A stretch of DNA of 64,000 nucleotides from contig OZ024745.1 in assembly GCA_964016885.1 (NCBI GenBank), positions 88,908,001 through 88,972,000 of the forward strand, in the 5' to 3' direction. Numbering within the stretch: position 1 is the stretch's first letter; every line of letters begins with the position of its first letter. The DNA comes from Eledone cirrhosa (lineage: Eukaryota). The position numbers and the translations under genes were made by a program. The notes under the pieces are model-generated. The model did not search any database. It was given only the letters and a program-made list of their open reading frames with translations, and was not told the DNA's origin. This document shows positions 12,240 through 22,825 of the stretch, piece by piece.

Positions 12240-13940
12240 CTATATTTATAAAACCATATTTATTTTATTATATATATTTCACGGGTAACCAAGACAACAT
12301 TGGTACGCTTTCATCAGATAAAATACAAAGTTTGTTTCCTAAATAGAGACATACCCATGAAAATCATACCTTATCGGTTGGAAATTCACTGGATAGTGGA
12401 AATATAGTAGGGATTATTCAAACTTATGTGTGAATCTTCAAATGAATATGTAAATAATAGAAAAACCGTTTATTTAAATGATACTGGAGAAAGAAAGAGA
12501 GAGAAAATACAGGGGGATAAAGATAAAAAAATATTACGAGAGAGATGGAGAGAAGACATAGACAAGAGAAGATTAATTAAACGTTCATTTGGGGGAAATA
12601 TATTTCAAATATATATCTAATATTATGTGTATTTATTCGTTTCAAATAAAATATTTTCTGATATATGTAGATAGATAAATAAATACATAAATAAATAGAT
12701 AAATAGATAAATAGATAAATAAATGAATAGATGGGTATATCGTGTTATAGATAATTGTTTTAATGAGTTATGAGGGATATTGGTTTTGTATTTAATGTAA
12801 GTAAATATTAAGTTAAATTAAATTAAATTAACTTAGTTAATAAGCATATTTATATTTATATATTTTAAAATGGGAAGATACGGGAAAACTCCAGTTTTGT
12901 TTATTTATTCGTTAGTATGAAATTTTTTGGCCAAAATAAGTATAAATGTTGAATGATATATTTAGCCAGAATTAGTTAATGGTTATAAATCTAATAAAAG
13001 ATATTGAAAAAATATTTAAAATTTCAGAAATTTTTTTTTTAAATAATTTATAAGAGATAAGTAATTTTTAAAAAAGGATAAAAAAAAAAAATGGGATAAA
13101 AAATTAAAGAAATAAAGTATAAAAAATAAAGAATTTAAAATTATTAAGATTAAAATTACAATTAAAATTTTAAAAAAATTATAAAAAAATTAGAATTATA
13201 TATGTATATATTTTATGAAAGTTTAAGAAGTGAAATTATAGCAAATGTTATAGATATGATTTAGAAATATCAATATATTAAAATCAAGTGGATAAGATTG
13301 TTATGGAAATAAGTAGAAATAATATAAGTGTATTTATAATTTATATATAGTTCTAAATGTTTAATTCAGGTGATGTCTACAAGAATTAAATAAATTTGTT
13401 TGTTCTTAGATTAATAGAGTTCTTACATTTAAGTATGAAAAGCATTTCCTCCACACACAATTTGCAGAATCTAGATAAAACTGTGTTTCGCTACGCGGGT
13501 GCTTCGAAATTATTACCCAAGTTAATGAAAAGTCCATATTTTTGCATTTTAAGTTCCATATCAGCTTTGAAAGAGAAGTTGAAGATGTTTTATCAAATCT
13601 TCGGAAAGAACATTTGTGATTATTCCAGCGATTTTAAATTTTGTAGAAGTTGCACCTACATAGTTAAATATATTATCACTGGTTTTGACTGTACATTTAT
13701 TAGCCCACGTCCTTATCTAAACACTTATTTTGTAAATGACAGTTTAATTTAATTCTACAGTTACATTTTGCGGAGTTGTTGCTATTTAGAACGGTACTAT
13801 TATGTTGGATATTGCTAGAGATATTACTGCTATTTTGTTTATTTTTGTTAGGGTTTAAATTTCTATTATTGTTTCTATTTATATTTTGTGCTATGTTCAT
13901 AATGGTAGAGTAGGATAGTTTATGTTTGTGAGGACTTCCA
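12240..13940 (-). mobile_element. Heavily decayed PLE 3' remnant (CxCx5Cx5C type)
   Basis: KCNCRIKLNCHLQNKC and CKLCVEEMLFI on minus; CTGATGA on minus at ~12311-12317. Confidence 0.6.
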
Positions 13941-13961
13941 ACAAATTAAATACCACTTCTA

Positions 13962-13992
<31 letters not shown>

Positions 13993-13994
<2 letters not shown>

Positions 13995-14130
13995 CGAAGG
14001 AAAAGTGGTAAGGAACCAGGTGGACCATAACGCACCAAAGTACTCAATACTTAGGGTAGTAGAGTGGGTAATAGTAGTACAGAATTAGCCGTCGAAACGG
14101 CTTGAGCTCAGCCGTCGGGGTCTTACTTAC
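13993..14130. mobile_element. Miniature inverted insertion of the 15522-20209 PLE terminus in (TA)n
   Basis: The first ~80 bp match 15524-15605. The next part is the reverse complement of 15611-15657 (3' half of the hammerhead). Confidence 0.85.
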
Positions 14131-14141
14131 TCCTATATATA

Positions 14142-14182
<41 letters not shown>

Positions 14183-14420
14183 ATACTTGGTGAGGGTCAT
14201 ATTGTAGTAATAATATTGTCAGAATTAATAACAGAACACACTCACTGTTTGGTTGGTTTTCGCTTCTGTATCTCTTATATCAGTTAATTTATATATACAT
14301 ACGTATACAAACACATATACAAAAACATACATATACACGCGCAAATATTACACACTCACATAAGTACATATATGTATATATACATACACATACATATACA
14401 TATATACATACACATACATA

Positions 14421-15440
14421 CATACACAGAAATATATATCTATATATAAAAAGGGGTGGGTGGGTGTGTAATGTAAAAGGTAAGGTATAAATTAGTGGGG
14501 GGGGGGAATATAAATCAACAGAAATATAAATAACATAGGAAAAAAATATAAATATAAGAGGATATGAGGGAGAAAAACAATATATGGGTAAAGAATGTGA
14601 GTTCAGAGAGTAATAATAATCGTAGTGGATGTAAGGCGTAATGGGTAAAGAAGTTCAAGGTGGTTGAGTCATCGTAGGAATGTCAATCCAGTTACAAAGT
14701 AGATGTGATTTCAACTCTAATCGTACGAGAGTAAATCCAGGATGCAGTTGCAAGAAGTCGGAAGAATGCCCATTACAGGGCAAATGTAATGCTAAATCCG
14801 TTGTGTATGAGGCCAAATTGACACCGTTGATTAACAACAAGCCAGCCAAGAGTGAACGATATATTGGCATGACTCAGGACAGGTTCAAAACCAAGTTTTA
14901 TGCACATGTCGCTTCTTTTAAACACCCTGATAAAAGAACAGCAACTGCTCTCGCAAATAAAGTGTGGGAATTCAAAGACAAAACCATCCCGTACACTATC
15001 GATTGGTCTATTTTAGACCATTCAAGAGAATACCAAAGGGGCACAAAGAATTGTTCTTTGTGCAGCACTGAAAAATTTAGAATTCTCCAAAATGTTAAAG
15101 CCACTTCCACTTGCTTTATCTCCAAGACCGAGATCTTCAGATGTTGTCCTCACCTGAATTCACATCCTCTTTGTAACTAGATTGACATTCCTACGATGAC
15201 TCAACCACCTTGAACTTCTTTACTAATTATGCCTTACATCCACTACGAGTATTATTACTCTCTGAACTCACATTCTTTACCCATATATTCTTTTTCTCCC
15301 TCATCACCTATATTTATATTTTTTTCCTATGTTATTTATATTTCTGTTGACTTATATTACCCCCCCCCCCCTACTTTCTACCTTACCTTTTAGATTACAC
15401 CCGCCTTTTTTATATATAGATATATATTTCTGTGTGTATG
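14421..15440 (+). mobile_element. Fold-back PLE fragment: GIY-YIG ORF 14680-15180 between inverted arms (~14421-14699 / 15169-15440)
   Basis: CSCKKSEECPLQGKC, VVYEA, YIGMTQDRFKTKF, CSLCSTEK, CCPH; arms are reverse complementary. Confidence 0.85.
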
Positions 15441-15492
15441 TATCTATATGTATGTATATATATATGTATATGTATATGTATGTGTATGTATG

Positions 15493-15524
<32 letters not shown>

Positions 15525-15616
15525 ACGAAGGAAATGTGGTAAGGAACCAGGTGGACCATAACGCACCAAAGTACTCAATACTTGGGGTAGTAGAGTGGGT
15601 AATAGGAACCAGTAAG

Positions 15617-15710
15617 ACCCCGACAGCTGAGCTCAAGCCGTTTCGACGGCTAATTCTGGACTAAATGAAAATGTATCCTGGTATTTAAATAGCCGATCTT
15701 CTCAAGGGGT
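15617..15710 (-). ncRNA. Type I hammerhead, U3-A8 variant with long loop II, in the 3' pseudo-LTR
   Basis: acccc TTGAGAA gatcggcta-[~37 nt]-tagccgtc GAAA cggct-tgagctc-agctg TC ggggt. Confidence 0.75.
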
Positions 15711-16794
15711 AATTCCATATATGGTCAAAGTGATTGTCAAAAATCAGTAGTAATTCTGTGATTGCAAATTAGTTGGGGAGATGGTGGCTAAACCTGCTAG
15801 TAGGAGAAAGAGGGGAGGGGGTGGAGTAGACCCAATCAAGCGTTGGTAGTGCCAGCTACAGCTGGGCATGAGGTCAAAGAAGATACTGGGGATGGGGAGG
15901 AAGTCGGAACGGTAGGTAGAACAATGGGGGTAAAAATATATATGAAAGAAAAAATACTGAGTGAAGAAAAGCGAATAAGTGTAAAGAAAAAAAAAAAGTA
16001 AAGCAAGTTCTACGACCTAGGTCTCTAGCTATTGTTAGGCTAGAATAAATAAATAAAGAAAGAAAGTAAAGAAAGAAAGAAAGAAAGAAATAACGAAATA
16101 AGTAAAAGAACTAGGTGGGACGGATTAGGCAAGGACCCTTTTAAGAGGTATAAGTACGTAAATGATACGGTGACGGGTCAACAAAAGGGGCCAAAATACT
16201 AAAGAGACTACCGCGAAATAAATAATAAAGGTTTCTATCCCGGGCACAATGCCAGCAACCACCCAGTGCAGCAAAGTGAACTAGTACGAGATAATAATTC
16301 TGAGTCCCGAAAAAAATATATACTAATGCTAACTCTAAAAGATCTAAAACAAGCTACATGAAAGTTCGTACGAAGTAAAGGTAGAATACGGAAAAATAAA
16401 TTCAGAATCCACCCCGCCCAAAAGAAAAGCGAAGAAAGAAATACTGAAACGAAAAAATATGGCATAAGTGCCACTAAGAAATATAGAAGGCACGGAGAAT
16501 AGTGGGAGCGGTCGGAAAAAGGGGGCAAGTATCCGGGGTCTAAACCAACTGCTATAAAAGGCGGAGTCCGCCAAATCTATCATAGACTAGGGGTGGGGGT
16601 ACTAAGGCTACAAGGGGCCAAAGGGCAGCCTCGGCTGGGCGAGAAAAGACGCCGACAAAGGAGAAGAGCTGGGGTAGAAGGACTAAGGAGAGATGGGGGA
16701 AGGAAATAAAGGAAGCGATAAAAGAATAAAAAGAAGATCTTACGTCTCCCTTGGCAAGCAGGGGTTACCCATTGCAAAATCGGCAAGTGGGGTG

Positions 16795-18967
16795 TTATAG
16801 CCCTAGTCTACCCCCCCCCCCCGGGTCATTATTGGGTTCGAGGGCGAGGTAAGTCCTACGCAATCTATGTTTACATGCAGTAACCAGTTCATCGTTCTTG
16901 TTTAGGAGTTGGTCCGTCGAAAACAGCATTTGTAAAGTTTCCTCCGAGCATAAATTGCACGGACGGCGTCCTCCCGTGTAAGAATTGGCACTGGACAGTA
17001 ATCTCCAAGTGAGATCATAGGTGATGTTGTTGTCCTTGAGGTCACATATGTGGCCCGAAAGTGTAGTGGCGTGACGCCGGGCCGGGTTTCGGAAGGTATG
17101 TCTATGTTGGTATAGCCGGGTCTTGAAGTCACATGCGGTAAGTCCTATATAGGCTTTGTTGGAGGTATCCGTCCTCACGTTGCACTGGTAGATCACATTA
17201 CGGTCTCTGCATCTATTGTCGAGTGGGCAAATGGATCTATCCGGACAGTTACACCTCCTGGTCGGTTCTCCACTGCTATTTAGTTTATTTCTGCCATCGG
17301 GGTTGAGTTTTTTGTTGTTAGAGGAGACGATGTTTTGTGCGAAGTTTGGTGTAGTGCTGTAAGAGAGTTTGATGGTATTTTTGTTAATTATGTTGTGGTA
17401 GCGGTGTTGTAATGGGAAGTGTTTTTCAATGAGCCTAAAGAATAGTTTCCCGATGGCAGTTGTCACCTCTGCGTTGTGGGGAGGATTGAACCATGTTACA
17501 TTGCGTGAGCGGCGGTGTCTCCTGCTGGTTCCGCTAATGGGAGCTGGACAGTAGGATATTTCCTCCCGGAAACCACTCCGCTTGAGGGCCTGGTTGTAAT
17601 AAGGCGCATGTTCATCGAATATCCGCTCATTAGCTGACAAACGGGATATGCGGAGGGAGATGTTTTTGACCAGGTTGTTTGTGATGTTCCTAGGATGGTT
17701 TGATCGGCGGTGGATGTAGTGCAGATTGTCATTAGGTTTCCTGTATGGGTAGTACATGTCGTTTTCGAGGTCGATGGTCACGTCCAGGAAGTTTACTCGG
17801 GTCAGGGACGTTTGTAGGGTTATTTTAAATCCCCAGTCGCGGAAGAATCTGATTAATTGTTTCCGGACCCGATCTGTACTACTAGGGTTGTACCCTTTAA
17901 GGGTAAGGAGCCCATCATCACGGTACAATCCACCACCGAATGCAGGAAACATATCAGTGAGTTTGGCTATTAGGAATAATCCTATAAGATCTGTGACCTC
18001 CGCCGAATCCGTGGCGCCCATGCTGACGTCGAAGGGTGAGTCGGGAGCTCTTTTTATCCATTTAGAGTCGTCAAAGAGTAAGACTGTCTTCCTGGCGTGG
18101 AGGATGATTTTTCTTTCCTGGTCGGTGATGGGCACAAGTGTTTCGGCGAAGTCCAAGGCGGCAGTAAGTAGCGGTAAGGTGATTGAAGCATAGTAGCTCT
18201 CTATGTCGAACTGTATGAATTTAGTGTCTCGTTTATCCTCCATATTGCTGAACCATGAGATTACTTCCTGGGTGTTGATCCATAGGCTAAGTCGGACGTG
18301 TTGCTTGACTTTTGGTATCACGCGGTCTAGGATTTTTTTGCTGATTCTCCCTATGTCGGACTTCGTTGGGTTAATAAGCCTGATAGAGGGTTTACGGTCA
18401 AAATCGGATTTATGGTCCTTCAGTGTGAAGTATGGTGTCCGTGGGTCTAGAGGTTCCGTGCGGTCGGCGACCCCGAGGCTGGAGGTAATTTGTTGTCCAT
18501 CTCGATTTATGTCCTCGATGCAAGAGTGGTTGGCCTTTTTATAGGTGGAGTTTAGGCTGCTCCTGATCAGTGTGTGGTATCTGTCAGGGTTGACAAAGTA
18601 TAGGTTCCCAGTTTTATCCGAATGCACCATGATGTCATTTGTGTTATCATACTCTGTTAAGTTGCTACGGAGTTTTTGTAGGAATCGATTGTGTCTGGGT
18701 TTAAATTTAATGTTCTTGACCAGTTGGAAGAGGTCATTCTCGAAGGGTGAGAGCAAGGGGTTCGGGGGCGGAGATTTGTAGGTAATAAATCCGAATCTCT
18801 CCTTGGTGCCGAAGTCTTGGTTGTCGTAATATCTGTCATAGAAAAAAGTTCTCCATCTAAGTCTTTTCGCAAATAGATCGATTTTTTTGCGTGAGCATCC
18901 GAAGGTAAAGTTTTTTCGGTAGGATTGGGATGTTCTTGGTAGAGAAGTCAATGTTGTGTTTTCGCAT
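16795..18967 (-). CDS. PLE reverse transcriptase + GIY-YIG endonuclease (one +1 frameshift in an A7 run near 18885)
   Basis: MRKHNIDFSTKNIP...MLTQK continues into IDLFAKRLRWR if one A is removed. Motifs: DKTGN, RLINPTKS, FIQFDIESYY, MGATDSAE, LYRDDGL, VNFLDVT, SNHP, WFNPP, CNCPDRSICPLDNRC, YIGLT, CNLC, CKH. Confidence 0.9.
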
Positions 18968-19152
18968 GGTGCGGGTGAAATGAAATGAGCTTAGCGGAAA
19001 AGTCTGGATACGGCGTGGTAGGGTCGGAAAGTGCTCTACTACGGGAGTAGGAGCTAGATAACGAAGGAAATGTGGTAAGGAACCAGGTGGACCATAACGC
19101 ACCAAAGTACTCAATACTTGGGGTAGTAGAGTGGGTAATAGGAACCAGTAAG

Positions 19153-19246
19153 ACCCCGGCAGCTGAGCTCAAGCCGTTTCGACGGCTAATTCTGGACTAA
19201 ATGAAAATGTATCCTGGTATTTAAATAGCCGATCTTCTCAAGGGGT
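19153..19246 (-). ncRNA. Second copy of the same hammerhead; cleavage triplet mutated GTC to GCC
   Basis: Matches 15617-15710 except plus-strand g at 19159 versus a at 15623. Confidence 0.65.
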
Positions 19247-20264
19247 AATTCCATATATGGTCAAAGTGATTGTCAAAAATCAGTAGTAATTCTGTGATTG
19301 CAAATTAGTAGGGGAGATGGTGGCTAAACCTGCCAGTAGGAGAAAGAGGGGAGGGGGTGGAGTAGACCCAATCAAGCGTTGGTAGTGCCAGCTACAGCTG
19401 GGCATGAGGTCAAAGAAGATACTGGGGAGGGGGAGGGGGAGGAAGTCGGAACGGTAGGTAGAACAATGGGGGTAAAAATATATATGAAAGAAAAAATACT
19501 GAGAGTGAAGAAAAGCGAATAAGTGTAAAGAAAAAAAAAAGTAAAGCTAGTTCTACGACCTATGTCTCTAGCTATTGTTAGGCTAGAATAAATAAATAAA
19601 GAAAGAAAGAAAGAAGTAAAGAAAGAAATAAAGAAATAACGAAATAAGTAAAAGAACTAGGTGGGACGGATTAGGCAAGGACCCTTTTAAGAGGTATAAG
19701 TACGTAAATGATACGGTGACGGGTCAACAAAAGGGGCCAAAATACTAAAGAGACTACCACGAAATAAATAATAAAGGTTTCTATCCCGGGCACAATGCCA
19801 GCAACCACCCAGTGCAGCAAAGTGAACTAGTACGAGATAATAATTCTGAGTCCCGAAAAAAATATATACTAATGCTAACTCTAAAAGATCTAAAACAAGC
19901 TACATGAAAGTTCGTACGAAGTAAAGGTAGAATACGGAAAAATAAATTCAGAATCCACCCCGCCCAAAAGAAAAGCGAAGAAAGAAATACTGAAACGAAA
20001 AAATATGGCATAAGTGCCACTAAGAAATATAGAAGGCACGGCGAATAGTGGGAGCGGTCGGAAAAAGGGGGCAAGTATCCGGGGTCTAAACCAACTGCTA
20101 TAAAAGGCGGAGTCCGCCAAATCTATCATAGACTAGGGGAGGGGGTGGGGGTACTAAGGCTACAAGGGGCCAAAGGGCAGCCTCGGGTGGGCGAGAAAAG
20201 ACGCCGACACACAGTTCGCGCTGTAATGTGGCCGTGTAGGCAACACGGTAAAAACCTCCCAGCT

Positions 20265-20430
20265 TCACACTGTAAATGTGGTTGGTGTTAGGAAGGGCAT
20301 CCAGCTGTAGAAAACCCGCCAGATAGTCCTATGCGAGCAAGATAACCACTCTTGCCTCAAGTGGGAAAACCCTCCGTCCAAACCCATGCAAGCATGGAAC
20401 ACGGACGTTAAACGATGATGATGATGATGA
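20265..20430 (+). mobile_element. Cephalopod-type SINE 3' part with (GAT)n tail
   Basis: gttggtgttaggaagggcatccagctgtagaaa...cccatgcaagcatggaacacggacgttaaacgatgatgatg, resembling Ceph-SINE core and tail as recalled. Confidence 0.7.
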
Positions 20431-20541
20431 TATATATATATATATATATTTATATGTGTGTATGTGTGTGTATGTGCGTGCGTATGGACGGTTACATGTG
20501 CGTATGTGTGTGTATGCAAGTGAGTATGTATATGTGTGTAT

Positions 20542-20591
<50 letters not shown>

Positions 20592-20954
20592 ATGTTTGTA
20601 TGTATATACTTAACTGTGTATATGTATGTACTGTATATATATGTGTGTGTATATTTCTATGTATGTGTATGTATGTATATGTGTGTGTGTGTATATATGT
20701 ATTTATATATATATATATATATATTTATTTTATTTTGTGCATTTGTTTACCACGTGTTTGTTTATTTATTTATTTTTATTTTTTGTTTTTTTATTTTTAT
20801 ATTTGACTAATTTTTACTGATTAATCTTGGCCAGTTGATGTAACTGCTTATTTTAGTATATGCGTATGGTCGAATGTGTATATGTTTGTTTATTTATCTT
20901 TACTTATTTTTATAATTATGTCTGTGTATATATATGTATGTTTGTTTGTAAATG

Positions 20955-21019
<65 letters not shown>

Positions 21020-21505
21020 ATATACCTATAATTTTACTTATTTTTTTCTTCTTCCCTGAGCCTCACTTTCATATTTCTTATATTTTTGTTTGCAAATCCA
21101 CATTCAATAAAGTCACCAGGATTTTTTCATTCTGTCGACTGAAAGCAGATTTATTTGCTTTCAAGAAACCACTGGTAAATGAAATAATTATCTCATGTTG
21201 TTTATTACAAAACTAATAAGCTCTGTAACCTACATATAGCACTCTTTTTTCCTGGACCTTTCCGACAGAATTACTTCACACACATATATATATATATCAC
21301 ATTTTTTTATTTGTGTGACCCGAATTACTTGGTCGTTTCTATGGCTGTGCGGATAATGGTTTAACCATCGTCTCAGTGTGTTTGGCCTTTTAACGCAAGT
21401 TGTAGCTCTGGTTCGTTAGAATTTATTGAGCGCTTGCCACACATCTTGGAAGTTGTTCTTCGCTAATTTCCAATAGCTGAAATACGATTCTCGCTAATTT
21501 ATATT

Positions 21506-21539
<34 letters not shown>

Positions 21540-21625
21540 GTAGGAGGTGAGTTTTATTGTAGTACAATAAAGCAATGTAGATATCGGATAAGAAGCACTC
21601 TACAGTTTGTAGGACTGGAGTATAC

Positions 21626-21946
21626 ATAATATAAGATGAAAAGATGGTTAAAGGAGTTCCATGTATTTTATTATGCGCATTTCAAAAACAAACATCATCA
21701 AGCAATAATATTTGTGTTTTCATCAGATAAAACAGGAGAACATGATATGAAGGCTAAAAAACACTTGTGGATAGTGATATGTTGATTTAAAACTGCACTA
21801 TCCACAAGTGTTTTTTAGCCTTCATATCATGTTCTCCTGTTTTATCTGATGAAAACACAAATATTATTGCTTGATGATGTTTGTTTTTGAAATGCGCATA
21901 ATAAAATACATGGAACTCCTTTAACCATCTTTTGATCTCATATTAT
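21626..21946. repeat. Non-coding fold-back with 150-bp arms (21626-21776 / 21796-21946), one hammerhead per arm
   Basis: Arms are near-perfect reverse complements. Plus-strand HHR at 21841-21906: tttat CTGATGA [stem II] GAAA tgcgca TA ataaa. Confidence 0.85.
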
Positions 21947-21959
21947 ATATATATATATA

Positions 21960-22665
21960 TAGGTTATAGAGGCCAAACAAACTGAAAACGGCAGTCATGA
22001 AGCTATCAGCCACCGAAGCCAAAAAACGAAGGAAGCAAAACAGGTCAAACGAAAGAATTTACCTGGACCTTCTGGAATTGATGGTATAATCCAATGAAAT
22101 GTTTCTGCGACATCTAAATCAATTATACTGCCTGCTTCCATTTTGAGCTTTTGGTATAATGATCTAACAAGGCTGCCACTTCGTCAACAGGTATATTGTT
22201 CTCAGCCAGCGAGCCGGTTACTAGCAGTTGTATTGTTGGAGTGATTACCTCACGTGTATTACCCTGCGAGGGAAGTAACCTCAGTTTTGGCAGATGAATT
22301 CAGAATGTGTAAAATTAATACAAGACTTGCAAAAAATGCACAAACCGATTTAAGCGCTCGACCGGGTTGATTTTAAAATAAACTTAAGCAATTAATCAGT
22401 CAATAAATTATCTAATAGAATTAAATGGTTAATTGCTAGGCACGGGAATTAATACAAATATAATTTCAGCGAGATCGAATTTCGGCAGTGGTCAAAAAGA
22501 AAGCGAAACGCAATTTTCGAGATATGCGGCAAGCGCTCAATGGACTAAAGGAAGACCAAAGCAATAAACATAGGTTATAGAGGCCAAACAAACTGAAAAC
22601 GGCGGTCATGAAGCTATCAGCCACCGAAGCCAAAAAACGAAGCAAGCTAAACAAGTCAAACGAAA
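21960..22665. repeat. ~95-bp direct repeat (21960-22055 and 22570-22665) of unknown origin
   Basis: taggttatagaggccaaacaaactgaaaacggc...gtcaaacgaaa occurs twice, ~610 bp apart. Confidence 0.85.
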
Positions 22666-22825
22666 TATATGGGATAACAAATAATCGTTATAGCTAATCT
22701 AGTTAGAGGTTCTGAATACTCCGTATTGTGGATAGTGTTAGCGTACGGCGTTGTTTGACTCAACAAGAGGTTGCGAGATTGTGAATTCTCGGGAAATCCT
22801 ATGCAAGTTAATCTTGGAGTAATAA

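Larger units (their letters stand above)
15522..20209 (-). mobile_element. Near-intact PLE (probably Hydra clade) with 1.14-kb direct pseudo-LTRs (15522-16657 and 19058-20209)
   Basis: Near-identical direct repeats offset 3536 bp at their left ends flank a single RT-EN ORF. The 3' end abuts (TA)n. Clade call rests on recalled YRDD and CxCx5Cx5C features. Confidence 0.92.

Noticed and set aside
15352-20129. Duplicated small ORFs (MSSA..., MPPFSDRSH..., MIDLADSAF...)
   Set aside because: Incidental frames within the duplicated pseudo-LTRs.
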